Assembly: GCA_043228905.1 (NCBI GenBank)
Contig: JBHGNT010000003.1
Location: forward strand, 11,284,001 to 11,348,000
Length of the DNA: 64,000 bases
Origin: Azolla caroliniana
Lineage: Eukaryota > Plantae > Polypodiophyta
Direction of reading: 5' to 3'
In this document: positions 12,097-25,531 of the stretch, one piece after another
How positions within the stretch are numbered: position 1 is the first letter of the stretch
How the letters are laid out: every line of letters begins with the position of its first letter
Notes under the pieces: model-generated
The model's input: only the letters and a program-made list of their open reading frames with translations
What the model was told of the DNA's origin: nothing
Database searches by the model: none
Program-made: the position numbers and the translations under genes

Positions 12097-15000
12097 ATGG
12101 AACCTATGGCACTCTCCGAAACAACCAAGAACTTGTTCAACCAACATGGGTTGGGAGGCTTCTTGAGGATAGCCGAGGCACCGTCGCATGACGAAGCCGA
12201 AGAAGTTGCGCAAAAAATCGACACGGAGGTCATAATGGAGGAAACCATCCGCGCGCTACTCAGACTACCGGAAGGGGGTATCTACTCGATCGAGAACCCT
12301 TCTCTGGAAACACTAACCAAGTTTTTTGGCGATTATTCCCTCACTAGTAAGGCTCACTGGACACAAGGCGGTGAGGATCCCTTGTTCAAAGAAGTGGCTC
12401 GTGTCCTCCACGAGTATGATTCATGTACCCCCGATCCCCAACAATGCCAAGAACAAAGCCGGTTTCATCATTTCTATGTACACAGGGGTGCAAGTGGATT
12501 GGTTAGTAATCATCACCGATTGTTTTGCGGACAGTGATAGAATCAGTGTAGAACGACAAGAAATTATCAATGGCTGACTCTTTTGGCGTCACCGGTGGAG
12601 CCGGTAAGGACTAATAAGCGGGTTCGAGTAACGGAGACCACGCCCAACAAACCTTCAAAACGGCAGTAACTTTTGGCCAAGCACACGCCTGGAAGGAAAG
12701 AGGGCAGTACCTCGCAGGAAGGGAAAGAACAGCCTAGCCGGAAGAGGAAAGCAGAAACAGAGACAGCGGTAGAGCCTCTAGTAAGGCCTCTGAAAATCAA
12801 GCTATGCTGACAGGAACAAGGGCCAGACCCCTTGGCAACGAAAATCAATATCAAGACCCAAGAGGAGGAGGCGGAGGAAGACCTCACCGAGAACCTCCTG
12901 CGTCGCCACAAGCATAGCGACGCAGAGTAGAAGGGGGATGAATCGGGTCCGATGAAGGACAACACACCGACACCCCGCTCCGAGGGACCGGAGCCAAGGA
13001 ATGAGGCGGAACTGGTTGGTTCAACTAGAACTGACGGGAACTACAACGCTCCTTATGCGCAACGCTCGGCCACAACCGAGCTTAGAATGATACACAAAAA
13101 ACGGGAGATAAAACACGACAAGAAGAAGAGGAAGATACACAGGAGGTTTACGTGGAAAACCCCAAAGTAGGGGAAAAACCACAACAGCCCACAGGCTGCA
13201 AACTATCACTAGGTTAGTATGTACAACAGCGAGTTCACGGAGGCAACGACCTCGTGCTCACAATCTTCGCCACAGGCGGCGGTTACAACAGAGGCAACGA
13301 CCTCGTTCTCACTCTCTCTCTCTATACACTGTTACGTGCTCTCTCTTCTTCTTGCACCAACAAGAAAAATGACAACAACCGCATATTTGCCCTAAGTCAT
13401 ATTTATACTAATATGAATTTTCGGCTATTTACAAATATAGCCTCGATGGGCTCTCAGAAACATATTTACGAATATGTCTCTTCCTCCGGTTCTCACCGGT
13501 TCTGCGTCATCCGGCTCTCCGTAGTCGGGTTCTCCTCATCCGGTTCTCACCGGGCCTGCACCATCCGGCTCTCCGTAGCCGGGTACTCCTCATCCGGTTC
13601 ACACCGGGTCTGCACCATCCGGCTCTCCGTAGCCGGGTACTCCTCATCCGGTTCTCACCGGGTTTGCACCATCCAGCTCACCGTAGCCGGGTACTCCTCT
13701 TCCGGTTTCGGCCTCGGTCGAGATTGTTCGTCGGCGCTGTTCTTCTCCCTTCCCATCCGGAGGGACCTGTCTCCCAACAAGAACCGATGGAGGAGCTACC
13801 TGTGTTGCAAGAAGTAGTAGTGCCGATGGTCCAAGAACCAGTTATTGAATTGCCTACCTCACCGGGGCAACAGACACAACAAGAGGAGTTGTCGCTGCAG
13901 TCAACAAACCAGAAAGGGCTTCCGTCGAGAATAGAGGCCACGCCACAACCAGAACCAACACGACATAAAGGCATTGATAGTCAATGGCTACGGTGGATTG
14001 GCGAGCAAGTGGTCGGGGTTGTGTGCCAAATAGAAATGGAGGAGAGAGCACAGGGAACCAGTTGTTCACCACAACCGAAGAACTTGAGAAGGCCCGGTCG
14101 AGGATGTAGAGCATGGAAGAAGAAATTGTGCAGACCAAAGCAGAGGCAGCTAAGCAGGTCACAGAAGGAGGAAGACTACCAGAACTAGTGGCTCCAGTTA
14201 ATAAACAGACTGATCAGGTGCTGGTAACTGAAAAAGCATAGGGTGCAAATAAGGCACAAGAACAAGAACTCGCCACTCTCAAAGAGGAATTGGTAGCCCA
14301 AGAGGCCTTAAGGGCTAGAGACATGAAGGAGGCGGTAGAGGAAGAACAACAGAAAATGGCCGAGAACCTCTGAAGAGCCGAAGAAAATTTATGGAAAGGT
14401 CATCAAGCATATGACCGATTAAAGGAAGAGAAAGACAAGTTGTTGCAAGAAAGGGAGAAAGTCCAGCGTTCGGTGGAAGTCGAGATTGAACGGCTCCAAG
14501 AAGAACTCCAACAATAGAAGGACCGGGCCCGATGCCAAATCAACCAGAGGCTGAAACAGAAAATGGAGGATTTGGACAGGTTGCACTGGAATCACAAACA
14601 CCTAGAGGCGGAACACAAGAAATTGATGGCAAAAGGTGACCGGCAGCAAGAAAGGATGCGGGAACTCCGGGATGAGGTCCACAGGACAGCGGTGGCATTG
14701 GCAGAGGAAAGGACCAAGGGAGTCGAAGCGGCAAAGATGTTGGCAGAAGCGGCGAAAGACAAACTGGAGCTTACCCGACAACATGATGAGGAGATGGAAC
14801 AAGCAAAGATGGCTCTAAATAGAGTGCAGACGACTTATCAAAAACAACTGATGCAATATAAGGGACAAGCTGAGGCAACCGTGATCCTCATAAAACAATT
14901 AAAGGATGAAAGGCAAGCCCCATAGGAGAAGGCAAAGATGGGACTTGACCGTATCCGAGATATTGTACTAACATGGAGGGACTAGACAAAGAAGTTAGTC

Positions 15001-15425
15001 GAAGAAAGTTCAGTACAGTGCTAGTCGAAATGGGCAAAGCAGGTAACCGAGTTGCAGGTCTTGCGGGCGGATGTGGAGAACCGGCAAAAGGATGATGGTA
15101 ACTTCTACAAACTTGACGCGGAAAGCATTGTGACCATACGGGAGGATTTATCAGATGACTTCCTGTCCTTGGCTGGAGAACAAGTGGTGGCGGTAGGCCG
15201 GCTCGTCGAATAGTTCGATGAAGACCAACTGGATACCCAACTCTAGTTCGAGCGTTACGAACGAGAGCGGAGACAGCAAATGGAGCCTAGAAGAATGGCA
15301 ACAATTAACATTAGTGACGAAGAGAAATCTACGGAGCAGACACTGAATACTGCTGAAACCGGAGAAAGCCAGACAAAAGTAGCTCAAGAGGAGCAACGGA
15401 AGGTGAAGAAACGAAGGTGCGGAAG
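12097..15425 (+). pseudogene. Extra 3' ORF of the Athila-like element: conserved N-terminal domain plus long coiled-coil region
   Basis: Homologous to 1658-2239; E/K/Q/L-rich helical segments (e.g. ORF 14563-14925); interrupted by a solo LTR and by stops. Confidence 0.65.
13032..13779 (-). mobile_element. Solo LTR (copia family C)
   Basis: TGACGGG...CCCAACA termini; 5-bp TSD AGAAC; internal ~51-bp tandem repeats; homologous to 18424-19047. Confidence 0.92.
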
Positions 15426-18400
15426 TGTTAGACAAACCGGCTCAGCCGAATAGCAACATAGAGAGAGAGAGAGAGAGAGATTAATACGGAGGAGAGATAG
15501 AGAAGTGTTGTCCATAGGCTAGAAATATAAATACAAAATATGTAAACTCGCCGATAGGTAGAACTAAAATAGTCGAGTTTTTGAGCCCTCACAATCAGCC
15601 GATGGCTCAGCTCTGTCTAAAGAAGAAAACTATATAAACCGAGATCTGCATACGGAGATACCTAGATTAGTTACCAGGATTAATATCATAGCACACAGCT
15701 CTGCACAAAACTGTTTTTGGCCGAGAGTTGTGTACTGTATTCACTGTGAGCTTTCTCATTTAATATAAATCTCGCTCTTATTGTTCCTTCATCTGTGTAT
15801 TCTTCCCGTACTTGTAAACCGAGCTACGTCTATGTCTACTAGGTTGTAGCTAGTGTACGTTCCCCGTTCCCCTAACGTCTTCTCGGTGTAGAAGAAGCCT
15901 CCATGTAACACGACCCCTTGATACTAATAGCCGGTGGGCTCATCGAAGGTGTTTTCTCCAGAAATAGTTAACACAATTTGGCCAGTTACAGTTGTAAGGT
16001 CACAACAAACTACGTAGGAGGCAAACCTCAGCCGCCATTACAACATCCAATCGCACCACGCGGTCTCGGCCACACCCGATGCCCTAAGCCAGTCAAAGGA
16101 ACTTCCGACTCGGTGGTCACTAACCAATCTTTCTAGGAACTATCGGAGGCCCACCAGTTGCAATCCTCGCCACTTGATACCCAGTCGCGAGTTGATTCTG
16201 CACCGATCTCCCCGCCAAGCCCTCTAGAGGTCACCCAACCAGACCCTAACACTTTTCCGGCTTTACTTGAAGACCCGGATCTCGATACCATGCCTTACCC
16301 TTACCCAAGATATACAGATGGCCCCGATGTGGAATCGCACACCCGTGCTTTCATGTCCACATGGCAAGCCAATAACTCGACGCAGCGGTTATTGGCTGCC
16401 GAAATCGAGTCCTCCAAAATCGCGGAATTTTCTCTATCCCGCGATGGCCCGACTACTCGATGGTATTCCCGCCTCGAGGTGGGGGAGGTCACAACGTTCC
16501 AGGACATCCGAACAAAGTTTCTAGAATTATTTCACCGTGAAGTTCCGAAGCGCGAACTGCTCCGGTAGTTCTTTTCCATGAGCCAAGAACCTCACGAGAT
16601 GGTCGCCTAGTTCATGATCCTGTTTCAGGATCTCTACCGACAACTGGCTGACGATGTCTCCGCACATCACATTCCGGATACCTTTCTTTCCAACCTACGG
16701 GAGCCTCTACGGATGACTCTCGCACTTACCAATTTCTCTAACAAGACAATCGAGCAGGTCATCGCACGTGTCCTCACCATCGATCGGACACAGCATAACA
16801 CGACTTTCTCCATGGGGTTTTTGCAAAGCACCTTGCCTCAGGAGGAAAATCGCTTCTGACAAGCCCTCCAATGTACATCCTGCTTGGGTTCAGGCCATCT
16901 CGCTCTCGAGTGCCCTCACCGGCTACATTGTCCAATCTGTCAGTCCCGATCTCACACGATCGAACAATGTGAATACAACATGCTCAACCGCACAACAACG
17001 GCTCCGGTTCGCCAAATCGAGCCTCGAAATACATACTGATGGCAGGACGAACGTCAATCATACCGACATCGAGATAACGAGCGACCACAAACCCCGGATC
17101 GTACGCGCAACGACGACGACCGCTACCACCACGACAACCGCAAGAGATCAGACGACCGCTGTGACCAATACCGCGATGACCAACATAGAGCAAATGACCG
17201 GGATGACCGATACGATCAACGGTATTCACGAAACGATAGAAGAAACACTTACAGAGGTTCGTGGAACAATCGACGGCATAACGACAATCATCGTCGGGAC
17301 CCTCCTCCAAACGTACCACACAACTCTCTTCCCCATAACACGCCATGGGCCAACATGCCTACACAAGCAGTCGGGAATCGCTCACACCCTCTCCCATACA
17401 CTGAGCACGGTGACACCAGCAACTCGGCATCAGTTACCTGGTCGGGAACCGCTCACACCCTCTCCCATACATTGAGCACGGTGACACCAGCAACTCGACA
17501 TCAACGCTACCCAATGCCCAACCACGGAACGCGGCAAGGCCCCGACCGTGAATATTATTATGGTCGATGTTAAACACGTTACTACATGCAGCAAAACCCA
17601 GGCCATCCAATGGCAAGCACAAGATGACAACCGACAAGAAGCCAAGGAATGGATTGACACCGTCAATAAAAGCAACGTGGAGTGGCTGCACACAGAGATG
17701 CAGGACGGGACCATCAGAGCACCACAGTCCACAAGACCATCCACCGCGGTAGAAGATGACCATTTGTGGGACGCTCTTACTAGTTCTAGGATCTCGCTGC
17801 CATTGCATAAGGTTTTACCGCTTATGCCACGCTTTCGGGATACCTTGGCTACGCTCACGACTAACGACAAATCGGCCCCACCCCCTTTTAACCTGACAAA
17901 GCCAGAGACGGGCCCGCCCATCATGGATTCCCAGAATCCAGCCGTGAAAATCATGATTAAATGACGCGACCTTCATGGATGCATAATCGACGGTGGCTCC
18001 GGCGTGAACGTCATCAGCGAGGCCACATGTCACACACTCGGTCTAAACCAATGGGAACCTTGCCCCTTTTGGGTTCAAATGGCCAATGCACGATCGGTTC
18101 ACCCCATAGGGTTAATTCGTCACCTCGACTTCACGTTAGGAGGCCAAATGTTCACTATCTTGGCAATCGTGTTACGCCTCGAAGCTTTGGGCGCCTACCC
18201 AATGTTGCGTGGACGACCCTGGCCGCGCACAACAAATATTAAGCAACATTGGCAGCGAAATATGATCTCTTTCCGCCGGGGGAAGACCAAGGTATAGATA
18301 ATAACAGAAGAACGCCTAACCACGCCCCACAACACCACACCCCTATACGCAGAAGGGGTACACATGCTCGACGGGTTAGCTGACGACAAGGTGGATGACT

Positions 18401-21400
18401 TCCTGGAAGATCATCCCACTATCTGTTGGGAGACAGGTCCCTCCGGATGGGAAGAGAGAAGAACAACGCCGATGAACAAACTCGGCCGAGGCCAAAACCG
18501 GATGAGGAGTACCCGGCTACGGAGAGCCGGATGGCACAGACCCGGTGAGAACCGGATGAGGAGTACCCGGCTACGGAGAGCCGGATGGTGCAGACCCGGT
18601 GAGGAATACTCACCGGATGAAGAGACATATTCGTAAATATGTTTCTGAGAGTCCATCGAGGCTATATTTGTAAATAGCCGAAAAGTCATATTAGTATAAA
18701 TATGACTTAGGGCAAACTTTTACTAACTATTGTTCGTTATTCTTGTTGGTGTACACACAGAGAGAGAGAGAGAGAGAGGTTGTTGCCTCTGTTGTAACCG
18801 CCGCCTGTGGCGAAGATTGTGAGCACGAGGTCGTCGCCTCCGTTAACTCACTGTTGTACATTCTAACATAGTGATAGTTTGCAGCCTGTGGGCTGCCGTG
18901 GTTTTTTCCCTAGTTTGGGATTTTCCACGTAAACATCTTGTGTACTCTTCTCTTCTATGTGTCGTGCATTCATTCCCGTTTTCTGTGTATGATTCTAAGC
19001 TCGGTTGTGGCCGAGCATTGCGCATAAGGAGCGTTGAGTTCCCGTCACTATCATACCCCTCTTCAAAATAGACGCCATCTTGCCCTTCGGCACATCCCCA
19101 GACGAGGATGTCACGGAAGATTCATTTCCCGAGGACGAGCCAGATTCCACAACTATCACGGAATTACGTCACGCTCGGGACGCGTTTGAACAAGAACTCG
19201 CCATCACCTAGCGAGTCAAAGCATCAATGCTCGAGTCACTCAACCTCAGCTTCGACGAGAACCCACATACACTACAAATCACTGACAACTTACCAGCCAA
19301 CGAACGGTCAACCCTCACATGCCTGCTCACGGATTATCAAGATGTATTCGCATGGTTTTACATTGCTATGAAGGGATTGGATCCCCAATATTACCAACAC
19401 CAAATACACCTCCTGCCTGACGCTCGACCGGCCCAACAACGACGATACCGTATGAACCCCAACTACGCAGCTAAGGTCAAAGAGGAGATCGACAAGCTCC
19501 TCAGTAGGTTTTATACGCCCAGTAAAAAGAGCCACATGGTTAAGCCCAATAGTCGTCGTCCCCAAGAAAAACAGGAAAATCCGTCTTTGCGTTGATTACA
19601 GCAAACTCAATGTCGCGACAGTCACGGATGGGTTTCCTCTCCCGTTCACGGCTAGTGTCCTGGACACGGTGGCTGGTCATGAATGCTACAATTTTCTCGA
19701 CGGGTTTAGTGGCTATAACCAAATCAGAATGCACCCAGCCAATCAGGAGAAAATGACATTTGTCACGGAATGGGGTGTCTTCGTGGCCGAGGTAATGATC
19801 GGATTAAAAACAGCACCGGCCACAATCCAACGCATCATCACCGAGATTTTCAATGAGTATATCCCGGCGTTCATGCAAGTTTTCCTAGACGAATTTGCCG
19901 TGTATGGCCAACGGCTGGAGCATATGACCCAGTTACGCCTCTGTCTCGATCGATGTTGAAAAGCTCGATTGAGCTTAAATCCGGCAAAATGCGCGTTCTT
20001 GGTGACAAGTGGCAACCTGCTTGGGCACATAGTCAATCAAGAAGGTATCGCCATGGACCCGGAAAAATTGCAAGCCATTTTGAATGCTCCTGCGCCCTCT
20101 ACCGCGAAGGCCCTCAGCCGATTCCTAGGCCAAATCAGATGGCATAGCCGGATGTTACGACACCTGGCCGATTTCACGACTCCATTGCACGCGGCTGTGC
20201 ATAGAATCCCATTTCATTGGTCTTCAATAGAAGACGAGGGTTACCAATGCTTGAAGTTAATGCTCTCCCATGCCCTTGTTGTACAACCATTGGTCTAGTC
20301 AGAACCTTTTCACATCTTCGTAGACGCATCAGATATAGCCATCGGCATGCGCTCATGCAACGCACAACACCAATTTGGTACCAGCTAGTGTAATACGCTA
20401 GCCAACAACTCTCGGCCGTGGAGAAGAACTAGTCAACAACTGAACGCGAGGCCCTCGGTATGGTCTACAACATCAACAAATTCTGGCATTACCTCTTGGG
20501 CTGGAAATTCACATTCCACGTCGATCACTCGGCTCTCCTCTACTTGGTTAATAAACAGGCCCTCACAAGTCACCTAGCCCGATGGATGCTCCTCCTACAA
20601 CAATTTGATTTTCAGATCCAGCACCGGCCCGGAGTCCAACACGCCATAGCTGACTACCTGAGCCGCCTCGAGTCAAGCGAACCAGCCGAGTTCACGTACG
20701 ATGATCTACCCGACGCCGCCCTTTTTAGTCTCGCAACGGTGCCAGACGAAAATGAAGATGAATGGATCACAGAGATGACCCATTTCCTCAGCACCGGCCT
20801 TCCTCCCGACCACCTGACCCTCGACGCTCGGAAACGACTAGCTGTCCGAAGCTGAAACTTTTGTCTAGTCTCCGACACGCTCTACCACAAAGGCTCGAAC
20901 GACATCTTGCGCTGTGCAATCCATCAATTCGAGAAACACGCAATCCTCTAGGAGGCATATCACGGAATCGTAGGGGGACATTACGCTGGAGAGGCCACGA
21001 CAAGAAAAATATGGTAGAGTGGCTTATGGTGGCCTACAACAAAAAAAGATGCTCATGAATTCAACGCATGGGACAACTGACCGAGCAAGCCAGGATGCCG
21101 CACCAATCCATTCTCCCATTAGAACCATTTCAAAAGTGGGGGTTAGATTTTGTGGGACCTTTCAAACCAGCTGCGGTTCGCACCGGTAACAAATATATAA
21201 TCGTGGCCACGGACTATTGCAGAAAATGGGTCGAGGCTAAGGCACTACGGGACAACACGGTTGCATCCACATCAAAGTTCATTTACGAACATCTATGGTG
21301 CCGATATGGATGCCCAATCGAGCTCATTAGTGACCAAGGTGGGCATTTTATAAACCACATAATTCAGGAGCTCACTACACACTACACAATCATACATAAG

Positions 21401-21672
21401 AAAAGTAGACCGTACTATCCTCAGGCAAACGGATTGCCGGAATCTACTAATAAAATTTTGCAAACAATCCTGAAAAAGATCGTCAATGAGAACCACACTG
21501 ATTGGGATGATAAGTTCCAGAGTGCATTATGGGCGTATCGCACCACATTTAAAGATAGCATTCAATCTACACCCTTTTAGATGGCCTTTGGTTTGGAAGC
21601 AGTCATGCTGATCGAGTTCCAAGTTCCGAGTCTCCGAGTTCAGGTTAAGGAAAGGCAATATCGGCTCGAGCA
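15426..21672 (+). mobile_element. Third decayed Athila-like Ty3/gypsy element (5' LTR 15426-15973)
   Basis: TGTTA...TAACA LTR with TATATAAA ~15631; gag from ~16290; protease IIDGGSGVNVI ~17980; RT/RH 19350-20680; integrase to ~21660, truncated. Confidence 0.85.
18424..19047 (+). mobile_element. Solo LTR (copia family C)
   Basis: TGTTGGG...CCCGTCA; TSD CTATC on both sides. Confidence 0.92.
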
Positions 21673-22728
21673 ACTCCCTTGCAACTCGTCTGACGCCGCC
21701 CGACTAAAGGATATCACTTGCAATCCTTCTGGTATCCGACATCGCATCATCTCCGCCTTATAGTCACATAGGTAATGTGACACATCCTTTCCGTTGAATT
21801 GCCCGTTTCTTTGAACAAGCCGCTCTACTACCGACTTTATCTCCAACATCGCACGTTGTTCTTGTTGCATCCGCTCAATCATCATCATCATTATGCTCAT
21901 CGCCTCTTGTTGATTCTCCATCTCCTTGCCACCCACCTTCACGTCGGGTTCACCACTTGTGTCATGCCTTTCGGCGTCAGATTGTTTGCGTGAGTCAGGT
22001 AGGAATCGTTGGGGTTTTGGACTAGGAAGAGGAAGAATTTGAGACGATTTTAATTATGAATAGATTGTTATAAACTTGCGAATCCCACAAGTATAATATA
22101 TTTTATTAATCAGTATTTAGATAAGAATATGTATTTAGATTGAAAGAAAGATATAAGAAACTTGTGAATCCCACAAGTATAGATTATATTATTTTCACGA
22201 ATCCCACGATTATATTAATTGGTTGGTGTTTTCGGAAATATATCCAATTTCCAAGTATTTCACACCCCCCCCATTACATTGTGCTCCCCATCCTTATGTA
22301 GTGATGAGGGAGTCTTAGCAATCCATGCTTTTTTCTTCTCTAACTATAGACTCCATGCTTTTCCTATAGATAGACTATATGCTTTATCTAAAGTGATCAT
22401 GCTTTTTCTAACTTGTGTGTTTTTTATCAACTATAGCGTTCATGCACGCTACATGTGCATGCGTAGCTTTTTCTTTTAGCATGCGTTTTTTTTAACTAAA
22501 GTTTGTCCTAGGTGAACTAACCTTTCTATGTGAAACATTTACTTTTTAACACTAATGAAATGCTAGTGCAATGGTAAGACATTACATTATTAACATGGAG
22601 GTGCAAGGTTTGAATCTTGTCCTATGCATGTAGTGCTTATTTTGATATTTTCTTCCTTTTTTTCTTCATATTTATTCAATCAGTTATTTTATATTATTTT
22701 CACGTAGTGTACAAAATACACTACGACA
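21660..22728 (-). mobile_element. 5' fragment of a tRNA-Trp-primed gypsy: LTR 21960-22728, PBS, gag N-terminus
   Basis: PBS (plus strand TTCACGTCGGGTTCACCA, 21938-21955) equals the plant tRNA-Trp 3' end; gag GQFNGKDVSHYL matches GQFDGRNVTKFL in ORF 51317-51601. Confidence 0.82.
22564..22617 (+). promoter_or_regulatory. tRNA-type A/B-box module in LTR 21960-22728
   Basis: TAGTGCAATGG ... GGTTTGAATCT, starts 43 nt apart. Confidence 0.55.
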
Positions 22729-23189
22729 CCGCTACGACCATGTTGTGCGTACAAGTTTACGTACCCAGTCTACATACTGGGTTACGCACCCAATGTTGAA
22801 CTTGTCTCTCAACACATCATCTGCCACTGTTCGCTCCTATTGAGTTCATTATTCCATTACCACCATTCTACACTCAGTTGCCACCACTATTCTTTCCAAG
22901 CATCATTTGCCACAGTTCGCTCCCATTTGATTTCATTCCTCCATTGTCGCCATTCTACACTCAGTTGTCGCTACTATTTGGTCGTGGATTGCGGGCACTC
23001 TTCGATCCGACAGACTTCACTCTTCCACTACCGCCATTCTACACTCAGGTGCCGCCACTATCCGTTCAAAGAATGATCTGCCACTACTCGATCTGACGGA
23101 GTTCACTCCATTGCCACCATTCTACACTCAGTTGCCGCCACTATTCAGTCCTGGATTGCAATAACGGTTTGATCCGACGGAGTGCACTC

Positions 23190-25170
23190 TGTCGAGAGTC
23201 GTGGGTAGGAGATAGAGCGAGAGTGAGAGCGATAGCAAAAGAGAGAGGGTGTGTGTGTGTGCATGAGAGAGAGAGAGAGATAGAGATAGAGATAAGACTT
23301 GAAACAGAAATGAGATTATATTATGATGAAACAAGATTACAATGATGAGGCTAAGGGCTAAAGACTGGTGTTGAACCAAATGAGTTGAAATGAATGTATG
23401 GACACTTATTTATAGATCCTTATGGAGTATTCTAGAATGTTCTAGAATATTTTAGATTTTTATGATAAGAAATATAATCATGAAATATTAAAGGATGTTC
23501 TAGAATAATCTAAAATGTTCTAGAATATTCTAAATATCTTGTAATAACTAAAAATATAATTATTATAATCACACAACATATATGTTATTACAATGGTTAA
23601 GGGTTCAACATATAGACCAAGAAGTCGTGGGTTCGATTCTTGATAAGCCAAAATGTTATCTTCATGACATTATCCCCCCTTCCGATGACGAGTTCCACGA
23701 GTCGAAAGACAAGAGTTCGGACTTGGTTTATGCGGATATTTGTCGTGAAATGCAACAACCATGTCGGAGGCATTAACAAGATGGTCGGCAGGCTCCCATG
23801 TTAGATCATTAGGTGTATAACCTAACCAATCAACCAAATAATATAGTTTGTTGCGGATGATCTTGGAGTCGAGAATGGCAGCAACCTCATATTCAGAGCC
23901 ATTGGAAACTTCGATTTGGAGGTGGGGGAGGTGTAAGAAGATCCGGAATAGAGCTTGTTGTGTAGGGCTCCAAAAGTGAAACATGGAAGACCGGGTAAAG
24001 AAGCATATGAGGAGGGAGATCAAGACGAAATGTCACATCATTGATCTTACCAGAAACGTTGATAATCCAATTTGTAGCAAGGTCGGGTGGTTTTAATGCT
24101 ACCTTGTAAGAGCCATAAACGATCTCCTATTTGAAACATAGTCGATGAATCATGTCGATGACGGTCAACAATCTTCTTTTGAGTGTTTTGGGCATCACAT
24201 AAATGATGCAAAAGTATATCCTGAACTTCTTGGAGTCGAGTGAGCCGATCTTCAGTAGTCGGGTTTTCGGGAGTTTGGGATGTTCAAGCATTGTCCAATG
24301 AGGATGGTACCCAATGTTAGCAAAAAATGGGGAATATCCAGTAGAAGAATGTTCGGAGTTGTTTTAAGCAAATTCCGCCAAATGTAATAAATCCACCCAA
24401 TCATCTTGTTGATAGTTGACAAAACAACGTAGATATTGTTCGACTGTTTGGTTGGTGCGGTGACTTTGCCCATTAGTCTCTGGATGGTAGCCGGAAGAGA
24501 GTTTACAAGAAGTATGTAAGAGTTTGAACATGTGCCACCAAAATTTCGAGATGAATTGGGGACCCTGATCACTGATAATATCATCCGGAAGACCATGATG
24601 GCGAAACACCTCTTGGATGAGTAAATCGGTAGTCTCTTGACTAGTAATGGTCTTCGTGCATCGTCGGAAATGTGTCATCTTCATAAAACGATCGACTATC
24701 GTGAGAATAGAATCAAATCCCTTGGAAGGTGGAAGATCCGTAATAAAGTCCAAGGAAATAGATTTCCATGGGCTCCCCGGAATACGCATTGGTTGTAATA
24801 GGCCATATGGATGATGTCGAGGCTTTTTTGATCGGCAACATGTATCACAACTACGAACATAATCTGTAACAAAATGGCGAAACCGTTGCAACCAATATCA
24901 GCGAGAAATCAACTCAAAAGTCTTGTGGATGCCGAAATGTCCAGTCATTGGCGTGTCATGACATTGTTGCACGACTTTGAGTCGAGAAGGACCGTCAGGC
25001 ACAATCAAAAGAGTTTGTCGAAAAAGCAAACCATCATGCCAACTGAACTGGGTGTAGTCTAGACGAGGATTTTGAGATTGGGAGCTGGAAGCACAATCTT
25101 TAGCCCTTAGCCTACTCATTGTAATCTTGTTTCATCATAATATAATCTCATCTCTATTTCAAGTCTTATA

Positions 25171-25202
<32 letters not shown>

Positions 25203-25531
25203 TCTCTCTCTCTCTCTTTCGCTATCGCTCTATCTCCTACCCACGAGTCTCAACAGTTTGAACCGAATGAGTTGAAATGAATGTATGGACACTTATTTAT
25301 AGATCCTTATGGAGTATTCTAGAATGTTCTAGAATATTTTGGATTTTTATCATAAGAAATATAATCATGAAATATTAAAGGATGTTCTAGAATATTCTAA
25401 ATATCTCGTAATAACTAAAAATATAATTATTATAATCACACAACATATATGTTATTACAATGGTTAAGGGTTCAACACATAAACTAAGAAGTCGTGGGTT
25501 CGATTCTTGATAAGCCAAAATGTTCATGACA
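23190..25531 (-). mobile_element. Internally deleted chromovirus (integrase + chromodomain; LTRs 23190-23669 and ~25095-25531)
   Basis: Integrase CDTC...PWKSISLDFITDLP...SDQGPQF; chromodomain EYEVAAILDSKIIRNKLYYLVDWLGY; PPT at 23670-23683; gag and RT absent. Confidence 0.9.
23586..23640 (+). promoter_or_regulatory. tRNA-type A/B-box module in chromovirus LTR (second copy 25453-25507)
   Basis: TATTACAATGG ... GGTTCGATTCT, starts 44 nt apart. Confidence 0.55.

Larger units (their letters stand above)
4547..15425 (+). mobile_element. Decayed Athila-like Ty3/gypsy element (5' LTR 4547-5043, gag-PR-RT-RH-INT, extra ORF; 3' end lost)
   Basis: PBS TGGCGACCAC 5050-5059 (tRNA-Arg type); gag ~5095-6900; protease IDDGGSGINVI ~8350; RT VCVDYRKLN/FMDD 9169-9870; RNase H; integrase ~10590-11780; many stops and frameshifts. 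Confidence 0.88.

Noticed and set aside
13480-13700. CRISPR-like array (also 22820-23190)
   Set aside because: Contiguous degenerate tandem repeats without unique spacers; eukaryotic LTR context; no cas genes.
15488-15975. LTR shared between two tandem gypsy elements, starting at 15506 after a PPT-like run
   Set aside because: TGTTA at 15426 pairs with TAACA at 15973, so the purine run is internal to the LTR, and the LTR does not match 4547-5043.
17380-17505. Duplicated ~53-bp segment in the gag region
   Set aside because: A simple local duplication in a decayed element; no evidence of function.
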